This document shows positions 48,501 to 59,213 of a DNA stretch of 64,000 nucleotides, one piece after another (positions within the stretch are counted from its first letter, which is position 1; each line of letters begins with the position of its first letter). The stretch comes from an uncultured Candidatus Rokubacteria bacterium (GTDB lineage: Bacteria > Methylomirabilota > Methylomirabilia > Rokubacteriales > CSP1-6). The position numbers were made by a program, and so were the translations under genes. The stretch is from the NCBI GenBank assembly GCA_963762145.1, contig CAVXJS010000009.1, positions 288,001 to 352,000 on the forward strand, in the 5' to 3' direction. The notes beneath the pieces were generated by a model. The model ran no database searches, had not been told where the DNA came from, and was given only the letters and a program-made list of their open reading frames with translations.

Positions 48501-51253
48501 ACACCACGCTCAAGAACAGCGGGCAGGACTGGCTCAAGACGAACCTGGCCAAGTTCAGCCGCATGCTTCAGGGCCAGAAAGACCTGCTCACCGTCGCCCG
48601 GCTCATCCTGTCCGAGCTGGCGCCGGTCGTGAAGGCCCAGCACGGCGTGTTCTACATTCTCAAGGCCGCCGAGGGGCCGGGCCGGCTCGCCCTCCTCGCG
48701 AGCTACGCGCACGAGCGGCCGGGCACGGTCGCCGACGAGTTCGGGCTGGGCGAAGGTCTCATCGGCCAGTGCGCGGTCGAGCGCGAGAAGATCATGCTGA
48801 CCGTGCCCCCCGACTACATCCGCATCTCGTCCGGGCTCGGTCACTCCGCTCCGGTGAACATCATCGTGCTCCCCATCCTGTTCGAAGGGCAGGTCAAGGC
48901 CGTCCTCGAGCTCGCGTCCTTCGAGCAATTCAACGCGAGCGACCACGCGCTCCTCGACCAGCTCACCGAAAGCATCGGGATCGTGATCAATACCATCGAG
49001 GCCAACATGCGGACGGAGGGGCTCCTGGCCCAGTCCCAGTCCCTCGCGGGGGAATTGCAGAGCCGCCAGGAGGAGCTCCAGAACACCAACCAGGAGCTCC
49101 AGGAGAAGGCCCGGCTCCTGGCCCACCAGAACGTCGAGGTCGAGCGCAAGAACCAGGAGGTCGAGCAAGCGCGCAAGGCCCTCGAGGAAAAGGCCGAGCA
49201 GCTCGCGCTCACCTCCAAGTACAAGTCCGAGTTCCTCGCCAACATGTCGCACGAGCTCCGGACTCCATTGAACAGCCTGCTCATCCTCTCCGACCAGCTC
49301 TCGAAGAACTCGGATGGAAACCTCACCGGGAAGCAGACCGAGTTCGCCAAGACCATCCACTCCTCCGGCACCGATCTCCTCATGCTGATCAACGACATCC
49401 TCGATCTCTCCAAGATCGAGTCCGGCACCGTCGCGGTGGACATCCGCGAGCTGCGCCTCGCCGATCTGCACGCCTACGTCGAGCGGACCTTCCGGCACGT
49501 GGCCGAGTCGAAGAATCTCGAGTTCTCGGTCCGCGTGGACCCGGACGTCCCGCCGAGCATGCTGACCGACGCCAAGCGGCTGCAGCAGGTGCTCAAGAAC
49601 CTCCTCGCGAACGCGTTCAAGTTCACGAGACACGGGCAGGTGTCCCTCACGATCTCGAAGGCGGGCCGCGACGCCTACGGCGACAACGAGCTCCTGCGCA
49701 GCGCGAGCGGCGTGCTCTCCTTCGCGGTCTCCGACACCGGGATCGGCATCTCCCCCGACAAGCAGCACATCATCTTCGAAGCGTTCCAGCAGGCGGACGG
49801 CAGCACGAGCCGCAAGTACGGAGGCACCGGACTCGGTCTCGCCATCAGCCGGGAGATCGCTCGCCTGCTCGCGGGCGAGATCCAGCTGGTGAGCGCCCCC
49901 GGGCGCGGCAGCACCTTCACCCTCCTCCTGCCGCACGCGTTCGCCCTGCCGAGCTCGCCTCGTCTGGCGCGCCCGCTGGCTCCGTCGACCTGGCCGGCGG
50001 TCCAGGCCTCGGAGGAACGAGACAGCGCGCCGGCCACGATCCAGAATGAGATCGACGACGACCGTGACATCGTCCAGCCCGGGGACCGCACGCTCCTGAT
50101 CGTCGAGAACGACCTGGGGTTCGCCCGGCTCCTGGTCGACGCGGCCCGGGACGCGGGCTTCAAGACCCTGGTCACCGCATTCGGGGCCACCGCGCTGGCC
50201 CTCACCCGCCAGTACCGGCCCGCCGCGGTCACGCTCGACATCTCCCTGCCCGACATCGACGGCTGGCGCGTCCTCGATCGCCTCAAGAACGACCTCGATA
50301 GCCGTCACATCCCGGTGGAGGTCATCACCACCGGTGACGATCTGTCGCGCGGCCGCCTGCTGGGGGCGGTCTCGGCCCTGCGCAAGCCGGTCCGGACTCG
50401 CGAAGAGCTGCTCGCCGCGCTCGAGCGCCTGCGGGACTTCGTCGAGCGGCCCGAGAAGGATCTCGTCATCATCCATCCGCACGCGCCGGTGCGGGACGCA
50501 CTGGCGATGCTCCTCGCCTCGGCGGACGTCAACGTGCTCGCGCTGCCGAGCCTGTCGGAGGCCGCGGAGCGGCTCCGCGCCGACCGCGTCGACTGCCTCG
50601 TCCTGGCCTCCGGGCCCGACGAGGCGATCCCGGACGTCGACACTCCGTTCGAGACCGTGCGCGACATCCCGGTGATCGCGTACGGGCCGGCGGAGTGGAG
50701 CGAGCGGGTGGAGCGCCGGCTGAGAGCGGGGGGCGGCGATGTCACCGTGGTCCCGGTGGCCTCGCCGGAGCGGCTCCTGGACCAGTGCACCCTCCGGCTG
50801 CACCAGGCGTTCACCCGCCTGTCCGAGCGGCAGCGGCAGGTCCTGCGGGGACTCCACCAGGGCACCACCGCCCTGGCCGGGCGCAAGGTCCTCATCGTCG
50901 ACGACGACATCCGGAACATCTTCGCCCTGACCAGCGTTCTCGAGCGCCAGGACATGGTCGTCGTCTCGGCCGAGACCGGCCGCGACGCCATCTCGATGCT
51001 GGAGAAGTACCAGGACATCGACGTGGTGCTCATGGACGTGATGATGCCGGAGATGGACGGGTTCGAGACGATGCGCGCGATCCGCGAGAACGAGAACCCC
51101 CGGGACCGGAGCCTGCCCATCATCGCGGTGACCGCGAAAGCCATGAAGGGCGACCGGGAGAAGTGCATCGAGGCGGGTGCCTCGGACTACATCGCGAAGC
51201 CGGTCGATCCGGAGGAGCTGGTCGCCCGGCTGCGCGACTGGCTCGTCCGCTAG
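45554..51253 (+). CDS. poly-HAMP-GAF hybrid histidine kinase with multiple receiver domains (Nik1/Os-1-like architecture)
   Basis: 92-aa repeats, [24 protein letters not shown], terminal receivers. Confidence 0.93.
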   Translation: MATVLTTPAVEEIDLTALLTALRALHKGDFSARLPVKWLGLAGKVADTFNDIVEMNERLASELERLNRVVGKQGKITQRGTTSGMTGGWVECVAAVNSLIDDLVSPTQEMARVIGAVAKGDLSQSMALETDGGRVEGEFRRTAMVVNSMVDQLSSFASEVTRVVREVGTEGKLGGQAKVKRVAGTWKDLTDSVNSMAGNLTGQVRNIADVTTAVANGDLSKKITVDVKGEFFELKNTINTMVDQLRSFGSEVTRVAREVGTEGRLGGQAKVEGVSGTWKDLTDSVNFMASNLTSQVRNIAEVTKAVAAGDLSKKITVEVKGEILELKNIVNTMVDQLSSFAAEVTRVAREVGTEGKLGGQADVRDVAGTWKDLTDSVNFMASNLTSQVRNIADVTKAVAAGDLSKKITVDVKGEILELKNTINTMVDQLRSFAAEVTRVAREVGTDGKLGGQADVRDVAGTWKDLTDSVNFMASNLTSQVRNIAEVTTAVARGDLSKQITVDVKGEILEVKNTVNTMVDQLRSFAAEVTRVAREVGTDGKLGGQADVKGVAGTWKDLTDSVNFMASNLTNQVRNIAEVTTAVARGDLSKQITVDVKGEILELKNTVNTMVDQLSSFASEVTRVAREVGTEGRLGGQADVKGVAGTWKDLTDSVNSMAGNLTGQVRNIADVTTAVANGDLSRKITVDVRGEILELKNTINTMVDQLRSFAAEVTRVAREVGTEGRLGGQAQVRGVAGTWKDLTDSVNFMASNLTSQVRNIADVTKAVAAGDLSKKITVEVKGEILELKNTVNTMVDQLSSFAAEVTRVAREVGTEGKLGGQAQVQGVSGTWRGLTENVNFMAANLTSQVRGIAKVVTAVANGDLRLKLTVEAKGEIAELADTINSMIETLATFADQVTTVAREVGVDGKLGGQARVPGAAGTWKDLTDNVNQLAANLTTQVRAIAEVATAVTKGDLTQSITVETQGEVAVLKDNINTMIRNLKDTTLKNSGQDWLKTNLAKFSRMLQGQKDLLTVARLILSELAPVVKAQHGVFYILKAAEGPGRLALLASYAHERPGTVADEFGLGEGLIGQCAVEREKIMLTVPPDYIRISSGLGHSAPVNIIVLPILFEGQVKAVLELASFEQFNASDHALLDQLTESIGIVINTIEANMRTEGLLAQSQSLAGELQSRQEELQNTNQELQEKARLLAHQNVEVERKNQEVEQARKALEEKAEQLALTSKYKSEFLANMSHELRTPLNSLLILSDQLSKNSDGNLTGKQTEFAKTIHSSGTDLLMLINDILDLSKIESGTVAVDIRELRLADLHAYVERTFRHVAESKNLEFSVRVDPDVPPSMLTDAKRLQQVLKNLLANAFKFTRHGQVSLTISKAGRDAYGDNELLRSASGVLSFAVSDTGIGISPDKQHIIFEAFQQADGSTSRKYGGTGLGLAISREIARLLAGEIQLVSAPGRGSTFTLLLPHAFALPSSPRLARPLAPSTWPAVQASEERDSAPATIQNEIDDDRDIVQPGDRTLLIVENDLGFARLLVDAARDAGFKTLVTAFGATALALTRQYRPAAVTLDISLPDIDGWRVLDRLKNDLDSRHIPVEVITTGDDLSRGRLLGAVSALRKPVRTREELLAALERLRDFVERPEKDLVIIHPHAPVRDALAMLLASADVNVLALPSLSEAAERLRADRVDCLVLASGPDEAIPDVDTPFETVRDIPVIAYGPAEWSERVERRLRAGGGDVTVVPVASPERLLDQCTLRLHQAFTRLSERQRQVLRGLHQGTTALAGRKVLIVDDDIRNIFALTSVLERQDMVVVSAETGRDAISMLEKYQDIDVVLMDVMMPEMDGFETMRAIRENENPRDRSLPIIAVTAKAMKGDREKCIEAGASDYIAKPVDPEELVARLRDWLVR
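45990..48480 (+). repeat. about nine tandem 276-bp HAMP-coding repeats
   Basis: GGCACCTGGAAGGACCT recurs every 276 bp from about 46103 to 48311. Confidence 0.9.
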
Positions 51254-51261
51254 AGGCGCGC

Positions 51262-53328
51262 GTGATTCCGGGAACCGCGCGGGGTCCGGACCGAGCCAAT
51301 ATCCTCGTGGTCGACGATCGGCGGTCCAAGCTGGTCGCGATGAACGCGGTGCTCGCCGAGCTCGGCGAGAACGTGATCTGCGTGGAATCGGGCGCCGACG
51401 CCCTTCGTCAGCTCCTCGCGCGCGAGTTCGCGGTGATCCTGCTCGACGTCAACATGCCGGACATGGACGGGTTCGAGGCCGCGGCCCTGATCCGGCAGCG
51501 GCCGCGCCTGCAGCACGTTCCCATCATCTTCATGACCGCGGCCAGCGACGACACTCACGCGCTGCGCGGCTACTCACTCGGGGCGGTCGACTACATCCTG
51601 ACCCCGGTGGTGCCCGAGGTGCTCCGCTCGAAGGTGAAGGTCTTCGTCGACCTCTTCCGGATGACCGAACAGCTGAAGCGCCGGGCCGAGGAGCGGGTGG
51701 CCCTCGCCGAGGAGCAGGCCGGCCGGGCGGCCGCCGAGGCGGCGAGCCGCCGGGCCGCCTTCCTGGCCGACGCGGGCAAGAACATGGCCCGATCCCTCGA
51801 TCTCGAGACCACCGTCCAGGCGATCCTCGGGCTCGCGGTGCCGGCCCTCGGCGATCTCGCCGTCCTGCAGCTCCGTGGCACCGGCGACGCGGTGACCCAC
51901 GTGCGTCACCGCCGAGCGGAGGCGTCCGCCGATCCTCTGGACGGGGTGCTGGTGGAGGGAATCGGCCGGGTGAGCCGCACCCTCACCCGCCAGACCATCG
52001 CCCGTGAGGGTGACGGCGGGGACGCGGCGCGCGGCGTGGTATGCCCGCTGCTGGCGCGCGGAGCCATGGTCGGGGTCCTCGCGGTGGTAGCCGAGGAGCC
52101 GCGACGCCCATTCGACCCCGCCACCGTGGTGATGATCGAGGAATTCGCGGGGCGCGCCGGGATCGCGCTCGACAACTGTCTGCTCTATGGAGAGATCCAG
52201 GAGCGCGATCTCCGCAAGGAGCAGTTCGTGGCCATGCTCGCGCACGAGCTGCGGAACCCCCTCGGGGCGATCAGCTCGGCGGTCGGCGTCCTCGAGATGG
52301 TCGGGGGTGACCCGGCCGACCGGGCCCGCGGCATCATCAAGCGCCAGATCCAGCACCTCACGCAGCTCGTCGACGATCTCCTGGACACGGCCCGGATCAC
52401 GACCGGCAAGATCGCGCTGACCCACACCGCCGTCAACCTGGCCGAGAGCGCGGCGCGCTGTCTCAAGACGCTCGAGGTGGCCGGCCGCACCGACGGCCAC
52501 GTCATCGAGGTGGACATCGAGGATGCCTGGGTCTCGGCGGACACGGCCCGCATCGATCAGATCATGGCCAACCTGATCGGCAATGCGGTGAAGTACACGC
52601 CGGCCGGCGGGCACATCACGATCCGCATCCATCCCCGGGGCGACCATGCGGTCCTGGAGATCGCGGATACCGGCGTCGGCATATCCCCGGAGGCCCTGGA
52701 GCACGTCTTCGATCTGTTCTTCCAGGAGGACCGCTCTCAGGATCGGCTTCGAGGTGGCCTGGGGATCGGCCTGACCCTGGTCCGCCAGCTGGTCCTGCTG
52801 CACGGCGGACAGGTCGAGGCCGCCAGCGACGGGCCGGGACGGGGCAGCCGGTTCACGGTCCGGATGCCCCTGTCTACTCCTGCGGTCTCGGGAGAGCCGG
52901 AGCCCGCCGCCGCCGGGGCCGCGCCGGGCCGGAGCCGCATCCTCATCATCGAGGACAACGAGGACGCCCGCCAGATGCTGCAGATGCTGCTCGTCCTGGC
53001 CGGCCACGAGGTCGATGCCGCCGCCGATGGTCCGACCGGTGTCGAGATGGCGCGGCAGAAGCGGCCTGACATTGCGGTGATCGATCTCGGGTTGCCCGGC
53101 ATGGACGGATACGAGGTCGCCCGCCGGCTCCGGAGGGAGCCGCGACCGGACCTGCGGCTCATCGCCCTGACCGGCTATGGGCAGGCCGAGGACCGTCGCA
53201 AGACGCTCGAAGCCGGCTTCGACATGCACCTCGTGAAGCCGGTGGATCCGGCCCGCCTCTCGGTCGCGATCGCCTCGCTGGAAGCGCGGCGAGACGAGAA
53301 GAAAGACCTCGACTGCCCCGGCCGTTGA
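51262..53328 (+). CDS. receiver-GAF-histidine kinase-receiver hybrid
   Basis: ILVVDD, HELRNPL, NAVKYT, GLGIGL, C-terminal receiver. Confidence 0.9.
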   Translation: MIPGTARGPDRANILVVDDRRSKLVAMNAVLAELGENVICVESGADALRQLLAREFAVILLDVNMPDMDGFEAAALIRQRPRLQHVPIIFMTAASDDTHALRGYSLGAVDYILTPVVPEVLRSKVKVFVDLFRMTEQLKRRAEERVALAEEQAGRAAAEAASRRAAFLADAGKNMARSLDLETTVQAILGLAVPALGDLAVLQLRGTGDAVTHVRHRRAEASADPLDGVLVEGIGRVSRTLTRQTIAREGDGGDAARGVVCPLLARGAMVGVLAVVAEEPRRPFDPATVVMIEEFAGRAGIALDNCLLYGEIQERDLRKEQFVAMLAHELRNPLGAISSAVGVLEMVGGDPADRARGIIKRQIQHLTQLVDDLLDTARITTGKIALTHTAVNLAESAARCLKTLEVAGRTDGHVIEVDIEDAWVSADTARIDQIMANLIGNAVKYTPAGGHITIRIHPRGDHAVLEIADTGVGISPEALEHVFDLFFQEDRSQDRLRGGLGIGLTLVRQLVLLHGGQVEAASDGPGRGSRFTVRMPLSTPAVSGEPEPAAAGAAPGRSRILIIEDNEDARQMLQMLLVLAGHEVDAAADGPTGVEMARQKRPDIAVIDLGLPGMDGYEVARRLRREPRPDLRLIALTGYGQAEDRRKTLEAGFDMHLVKPVDPARLSVAIASLEARRDEKKDLDCPGR

Positions 53329-53332
53329 GCGG

Positions 53333-54946
53333 TCAGTCGACCGGCGCGGGCAGCGGGCGCACCTGACCGGGGGCGTCCTCCTCGCGGGGCGCGGGAGGCT
53401 CGGCGTGCACGCGCCGCATGAGCGGCAGGAAGAGCGGCACGATCGAGAACAGGATGGCGAGGAGCCAGAAGTCGTCCGCATAGGCCAGCACCTGGGCCTG
53501 GCCGACCACGTCGTGGTAGAGCATGGCGAGCGCGCGCCGCTGCGCGGTGAACGAATCGGCGCCCTGGGCCAGGAAGTGGCTCGTCCACTGGGCCAGGCGC
53601 TCCTGGGTCGCGGGATCCCAGATCGTGACGTGGCTCACCAGGTTGTTCTGGTGGAACTGGCTGCGCTGGGCCAGGTAGGTGGTGGCGAGCGCGATGCCCA
53701 CGCTGCCCCCGAGGTTGCGCAGGACGTTGTAGGCCGACGTCGCGTTGACGAGCTTGTCGCGCCGGATGGTGGCCAGGGTCAGCGTGGAGAGCGGCACGAA
53801 GATGAAGCCGAGCGCGAAGCCCTGGATGATGCGCGGCAGGGTCAGGCTCCAGTAGTCCATCCCCAGCGTCAGGTTCGACATCATGTAGAGGCTGATCGCG
53901 TTGACCAGGCAGCCGAAGGTGAGGAGCAGGCGCTGGTCCACGCGGGTCACGAGGCGCCCGCACAGGATGAGCGAGAACATGTTGCCGAGGCCGCCGGGGG
54001 CGAGCACGAGGCCCGAGGTCAGGGCGTCGTAGCCGAGGAGCTTCTGGGAATAGAGGGCGAGCAGGACCATGCTCGAGAACATCCCGAGGCCGATCAGGGC
54101 GATGAAGGTGGCCCCGAAGGCGAAGTTGCGGTCGGTGAATACCCGCAGGTCCAGCACCGGATCCTTCGCCATCAGCTCGCGCGCGAGGAAGCCCACCAGG
54201 GAGACGCTCGCGATGATCGCGAGCGCGACGATCAGGGAGGAGTCGAACCAGTCCTCGCGCTCCCCGCGATCCAGCATGAGCTGGAGGCAGCCGAAGCCCA
54301 GCACCATCAGCACGAGGCCGGGCCAGTCCACCCGGCTCGGCTTGCGGAGATACGGCGGATCGAAGAGGAAAGCGCTGGCCATGAAGAAACCGAGCAGCCC
54401 GACCGGGAGGTTGATGTAGAAGATCCACCGCCACGACCAGTTGTCCGCGATGTAGCCGCCGAGGGTCGGGCCGATGATCGGCCCCATCATGAAGCCGACA
54501 CCCCACACCGCCATCGCGAGGCCGCGCTGCCCGAGCGGGAAGATCTCCCACAGAATGGCCTGGGAGAGGGGGATGATCGGGCCGCCCCCGATCCCCTGCG
54601 CGATCCGCGCCAGGACCAGGAACGTGAGATTCGGCGCCATGCCCGACAGGACCGAGCTCACCGTGAACAGCACGCAGCAGATCAGGAAGAAGCGCTTGCG
54701 GCCCAGGACCCCCGCGAGCCAGCCGGTGGCGGGAATGATGATCGCGTTGGCGGCCAGGTAGGAGGTGATGACCCACGACACCTCCTCGAGCCCGGCGGAG
54801 AGCGAGCCCTGCAGGTGCGGGAGCACCACGTTGGTCACGCTGGTGTCGAGCACCTGCATGAAGGCCACCACCATCACCGACAGGGTGATGGCCCACTTGC
54901 GGGCCGCCGAGATCGGCCCGAGGTCCGTGGCGGGGGACGCGCTCAC
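53333..54946 (-). CDS. emrB: DHA2 family MFS efflux permease (EmrB-like)
   Basis: LDTSVTNV, WVITSYL, WRWIFYINLPVG, LDRGEREDWF. Confidence 0.88.
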   Translation of the reverse strand: MSASPATDLGPISAARKWAITLSVMVVAFMQVLDTSVTNVVLPHLQGSLSAGLEEVSWVITSYLAANAIIIPATGWLAGVLGRKRFFLICCVLFTVSSVLSGMAPNLTFLVLARIAQGIGGGPIIPLSQAILWEIFPLGQRGLAMAVWGVGFMMGPIIGPTLGGYIADNWSWRWIFYINLPVGLLGFFMASAFLFDPPYLRKPSRVDWPGLVLMVLGFGCLQLMLDRGEREDWFDSSLIVALAIIASVSLVGFLARELMAKDPVLDLRVFTDRNFAFGATFIALIGLGMFSSMVLLALYSQKLLGYDALTSGLVLAPGGLGNMFSLILCGRLVTRVDQRLLLTFGCLVNAISLYMMSNLTLGMDYWSLTLPRIIQGFALGFIFVPLSTLTLATIRRDKLVNATSAYNVLRNLGGSVGIALATTYLAQRSQFHQNNLVSHVTIWDPATQERLAQWTSHFLAQGADSFTAQRRALAMLYHDVVGQAQVLAYADDFWLLAILFSIVPLFLPLMRRVHAEPPAPREEDAPGQVRPLPAPVD

Positions 54947-54962
54947 GGGCAGCTCGCGCCGG

Positions 54963-56216
54963 CTACTTCACGCGGATGACGACGTACGCCGACATGCCGG
55001 CGCGGAGCGTGTGCGGGTTGCCGAACTCCTTGGCGTTCAGCCGGATCTTCACCGGCACCCGCTGCACGACCTTGACCCAGTTGCCGGTGGCATTCTCGGG
55101 CGGCAGGAGCGAGAAGCGCGCCCCGGTGCCCGCGCTGAGCGAGTCCACCGTGCCGTGGAACACCTGGCCGGGGAAGGTGTCGATCTCGACCTCGGCGGGC
55201 ATGCCCGGCTTCACGCGCGCGAGCTGGGTCTCCTTGAAGTTGGCGAGCACCCAGACTTCGTGCAGCGGCACGATGGCGAGCAGGGGCTGGCCCATCTGCA
55301 CCACCTGCCCCGCTTCCACGCTCTTCTTGGCGATGACCCCGTCGGCGGGCGCGCGGACCTCGGTGTGCTGGAGCTGCAGCTCCGCGAAGGCCAGATCGGC
55401 CTGGGCCTGGCTCAGCGTCGCCGACGCGCGCGCGATCTCGGCCTCCTTCACCGCGACCTGCCGCCGCTGGCTCTCGACGCGCCCGAGCGCGGCGCGCGCC
55501 TCGTTGATGCGCTGCCGGGCCTGGCTCACCGCGAGCACCCGGCTCGCGAGGGCGGCCTCCGCCTGCTGCACTTCCTTCTCGGTCTGGTTGAGGCGCCGCT
55601 GGGTCGACTCGAAGGCGGCGGCGGAGGTCCCCGCGCTCATCTCCGCCTGGTCGAAATCGCGCTGGGACACGAAGCCGCCCTTGAGCAGGGTCCGCATCCG
55701 CTCCATCTCGCGCGCGTTCTGGCGCTGGGTGCTCTGGGCGCCCGCCACGTCCGCGGTCATCGCGGCCACCGCGGCGCGCTTGGCCTCCACGGTGGCGCGC
55801 GCCTCCGCCACCGCGGACTCGGCGGCCTGCTCCGCGACCCGGGCCGACTCCAGTGCGGCGCGCGCCTCCTCGGCCAGGGCGCTCGTGGTCTCGCGGGTGA
55901 GCTGGGTCTCGGAGCTCGTGGCCTGGTGGCTCGCCTGGGCCACGGCCACCGAGGCCCGGGCCTGGTCGCGCCGGGCCTGGTAGTCGCGCGGATCGATGCG
56001 GAGCAGGAGATCGCCCGCCTTCACCGCGCGGTTGTCCTCCAGGTGGAGCTCGGCGACGTGGCCCGACACCTTGGCGCTGATGACCACGATGCTGCCCTCG
56101 ACGTAGGCGTCGTCCGTGGTGATGCGCTTCGTGCTCTGCCACCAGGCGTACCCGCCCCAGCCGACGGCGGCGAGAGCCGCCACGACGGCCAGGATGATCA
56201 GACGCCGGTGTCTCAT
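54963..56216 (-). CDS. emrA: HlyD/EmrA membrane fusion protein
   Basis: TDDAYVEG, ANFKETQL, LPPENATGNWVKVVQRVPV. Confidence 0.9.
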   Translation of the reverse strand: MRHRRLIILAVVAALAAVGWGGYAWWQSTKRITTDDAYVEGSIVVISAKVSGHVAELHLEDNRAVKAGDLLLRIDPRDYQARRDQARASVAVAQASHQATSSETQLTRETTSALAEEARAALESARVAEQAAESAVAEARATVEAKRAAVAAMTADVAGAQSTQRQNAREMERMRTLLKGGFVSQRDFDQAEMSAGTSAAAFESTQRRLNQTEKEVQQAEAALASRVLAVSQARQRINEARAALGRVESQRRQVAVKEAEIARASATLSQAQADLAFAELQLQHTEVRAPADGVIAKKSVEAGQVVQMGQPLLAIVPLHEVWVLANFKETQLARVKPGMPAEVEIDTFPGQVFHGTVDSLSAGTGARFSLLPPENATGNWVKVVQRVPVKIRLNAKEFGNPHTLRAGMSAYVVIRVK

Positions 56217-56323
56217 CGGGGGTATGCTATCACCCCCCGGACGCGACTACACGAGGCCGTCAGCCGCCGCGGCGGCCCGGATCTACGTAGATCTACGTGA
56301 GCTGAACGGGCGACCCCGGAGCG

Positions 56324-56659
56324 TCAGATTCTGGTATTCGCCGTCCCGCGACTCTTCGGCGCGGCCCGCCCCTTCCGGACCTCGGCCACGACTTCGTGCC
56401 AGCCCGGATCGGTCGGCCCATCCGCCATCTCGTCGAGCCGCCGGCGCATCTCGGTGAACTCGGGAGCGTGGTGCCACTTCTCCCAGTCCTCCTGACTCTG
56501 CCACGTGCCGACGATCACCCGGCCGTTCGGCGACCGCAGCAGCTGGCCACCGACCCAGCCGGGGTGTTTCTTGGCCGCCTGCATGCGCTCGAGCATGAGG
56601 CTATCCCACTCCTCCTCCGATCCCGGCTTCAGCGGAACATGGGTCACCACGGTCATCAT
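56324..56659 (-). CDS. antibiotic biosynthesis monooxygenase (ABM) family protein
   Basis: LKPGSEEEW...PGWVGGQLL...WQSQEDW..W. Confidence 0.8.
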   Translation of the reverse strand: MMTVVTHVPLKPGSEEEWDSLMLERMQAAKKHPGWVGGQLLRSPNGRVIVGTWQSQEDWEKWHHAPEFTEMRRRLDEMADGPTDPGWHEVVAEVRKGRAAPKSRGTANTRI

Positions 56660-56979
56660 CGCTCTCCTCCTTCGAGGCCGTTCTCGGTGTGGAACGGGCC
56701 GGAGCGGGTGATGACCAGATCGTCCCCCGGCTCCGCGTCGATGGTGGCGTCCGACAATGCGTCCGCCAGGCCTTCCTCCACGAGCAGAACCTTGGTCCCG
56801 CCGTACTCGACGACCTGATCGCCAAGGCTCTCGCGGTCCACGCGCAGCCCGAACTGGCCCTGCCCGGGCTCGAGGCTCGCCGCCAGCGAGAGGCGGAGGG
56901 CCACGTCGTCGTCCTCGATCTCACACTGTCGCTTCAGCCGGGCGAGAGTCGCCTTCGCGTGCTCGGTCACGGTGAGCAT
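56656..56979 (-). CDS. HesB/IscA-fold protein without the Fe-S cysteine motifs
   Basis: MLTVTEHA...LRL...GDQVVEYGGTKVLLV...ATID. Confidence 0.65.
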   Translation of the reverse strand: MLTVTEHAKATLARLKRQCEIEDDDVALRLSLAASLEPGQGQFGLRVDRESLGDQVVEYGGTKVLLVEEGLADALSDATIDAEPGDDLVITRSGPFHTENGLEGGER

Positions 56980-57005
56980 GTGGGTCTCCTTTCGGCGGCG
57001 AGGTC

Positions 57006-57021
57006 TGCAGAGGCTGTGCCA
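57006..57021 (-). promoter_or_regulatory. sigma-54 promoter
   Basis: Minus strand reads TGGCAC-AGCCT-CTGCA. Confidence 0.65.
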
Positions 57022-57174
57022 GCGATGCTCCCCGGGGCGGAAGCGCGATCCGCGGCCGGGAAAGCCCGGGCGCCCCGGCCCGGCGGGTACGACTTACCGT
57101 GCAGAAATTCCCGGGCGTGCAGTTCTGACGAGTGGCGGCTTGACGACGCTGCGGCGACGGGCCAGTATCTCGGC

Positions 57175-58225
57175 GTGCACGTCGGGATCTTCGTCGAGGA
57201 GCTGCGGCACGGGGCCACCCAGGCCGGGGCGTTCCGGGACATCTTCGAGACGGCGGACCACGCGGAGGCGTGGGGCATCGACTGCGTCTGGCTCGGCGAG
57301 ATCCACTTCACGCCCTCGCGATCGATCATCTCCGCGTCGCTCCAGGTCGCGAGCGCGATCGCGGCGCGCACGACGCCGCCTCCGGGTCGGCACCGCGGTC
57401 CAGGTGCTGCCGCTCAACCATCCGCTGCGGATCGCCGAGGAGGTCGCCACCGTCGACCACATCAGCGAGGGGCGCTTCGAGTTCGGCATCGGCCGCAGCG
57501 GCGTCGTGCGCACCTACGATACCTACGGGATGCGCTACGACGAGAGCCAGGCCCGCTTCCGCGAGGCCCTCGACATCGTACGGCGGGCGTGGACGGGGGA
57601 GCCGTTCAGCTACGAGGGCGAGTTCTATCGCATCCGGGACGCGACGGTCGCGCCCCGCCCCTACCAGGTGCCGCATCCCCCGATCCGGATGGCGGCCACG
57701 AGCGACGAGACGTTCCCGGCCGCCGGCCGCCTGGGCCTGCCCATCTTCGTGGGGCTGCGGGCCACCGAGATCTCCGATCTGCAGGCCCAGCTCGCGCCGT
57801 ACCGCGAGGCCTGGCGGCAAGCGGGCCATCCGGGCGAGCCGAGCGTCTACCTGCGCATCCCGGTCTACTGCTCGCCCACCGCCCGCGGCGCGGTGGAGGA
57901 GCCGCGCGAGAGCCTGACGTCGTTCTTCGCCCGCCAGACCGAGCTGGCCCGCAGCGCGGTGGGACGCGCCGGCGCGGGGCCGGCCGACCGGCGCCTCATG
58001 CAGGCCGAGCGGATGGCCGCGCTCTCGTACGACGACATGCTCGCCCGCAAGGTGGTCTTCGGCACCGCCCCCGCGGTCGTCGAGCGCCTCACCGAGCTGC
58101 GCGAGCAGCTCCAGCTCGACGGCATCGTGGCCGAGCTGAATCCGGGCGGCCGCATTCCCCACGAGCTCGAGACCCGCAGCCTCCAGATCCTCGCGCGCGA
58201 CGTCCTGCCCGCCTTCAAGGCCTGA
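57175..58225 (+). CDS. LLM-class flavin-dependent oxidoreductase (frameshift near 57375)
   Basis: WLGEIHF, LRVGTAV, HPLRIAEEVATVDHISEGR, PHPPI. Confidence 0.88.
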
Positions 58226-58234
58226 CCCGATCCC

Positions 58235-59182
58235 ATGAGCGAGGAAGCCCTCCGCGCGATCGCCCTGCAGGTGCGGAACTGGGGCCGGTGGGGTCCGGAC
58301 GACGAGATCGGCACGCTCAACTACATCACGCCCGAGCGCATCGCGGCCGCGTGCCGGCTCGCCACCACCGGCAAGGTCTTCGCCCTCGGGATTCCCCTCG
58401 ACCGCAACGGCCCCCAGAGCGGCACGCGCGCGCGCTTCAACCCGATCCACACCATGTTCCGCGACGGGGGCGACGCGCCCAAGACGCCCGCCGAGGTCCG
58501 GGCGATGGAAGGCTACGGCGGCTCCGACGACTGGATCGTGATGCCGCTGCAGTGCGTGACCCAGTGGGACAGCCTGGCCCACATCTTCTACGAGGGGAAG
58601 ATGTACAACGGCTACGACGCCGCGCTGGTCACCAGCAGCGGCGCGGCCAAGAACAGCATCGACAAGACCACGAGCCGGCTGGCCGGCCGCGGCGTGCTCC
58701 TCGACGTGGCCCGGCACAAGGGCGTGAAGGCGCTCGAGCCCGGCTACGCGATCACGGTGGCCGACCTGGAGGCCACCGCCGCGGCCCAGCGGGTCGAGGT
58801 GCTGCCGGGAGACATCCTCCTCGTCCGCACCGGGCACATGTCCCGCTATCTCGACCGGAACGACTGGCGGCACTACGATCTCGATCCGTTCCCGGGCGTC
58901 TCGGTGCACACCGCGCCGTGGCTGCACGCCCGGCAGATCGCCGCCATCGCGAGCGACAACTACGCGGTGGAGGTCCGGCCGTCGGAGATCGCGGGCTTTC
59001 GCAACCCCTTCCACGTGGTCGCGATCCCCAACATGGGCCTCACCCTGGGCGAGATCTTCTTCCTGGAAGACCTCGCGTCCGACTGCGCGGCCGACGGCCA
59101 CTACGCGTTCCTGCTCGTCGCGCCGCCGCTGCCGGTGGCGCGCGCGGTGGGCACGCCGATCAATCCCTACGCCCTGAAGTAG
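58235..59182 (+). CDS. cyclase / kynurenine formamidase-like protein
   Basis: NWGRWGPDDEIGTLN, TQWDSLAH, GDILLVRTG, GTPINP. Confidence 0.88.
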   Translation: MSEEALRAIALQVRNWGRWGPDDEIGTLNYITPERIAAACRLATTGKVFALGIPLDRNGPQSGTRARFNPIHTMFRDGGDAPKTPAEVRAMEGYGGSDDWIVMPLQCVTQWDSLAHIFYEGKMYNGYDAALVTSSGAAKNSIDKTTSRLAGRGVLLDVARHKGVKALEPGYAITVADLEATAAAQRVEVLPGDILLVRTGHMSRYLDRNDWRHYDLDPFPGVSVHTAPWLHARQIAAIASDNYAVEVRPSEIAGFRNPFHVVAIPNMGLTLGEIFFLEDLASDCAADGHYAFLLVAPPLPVARAVGTPINPYALK

Positions 59183-59213
59183 TCCGTCCCAGACCGACCC
59201 GAGGAGGTCGCCG

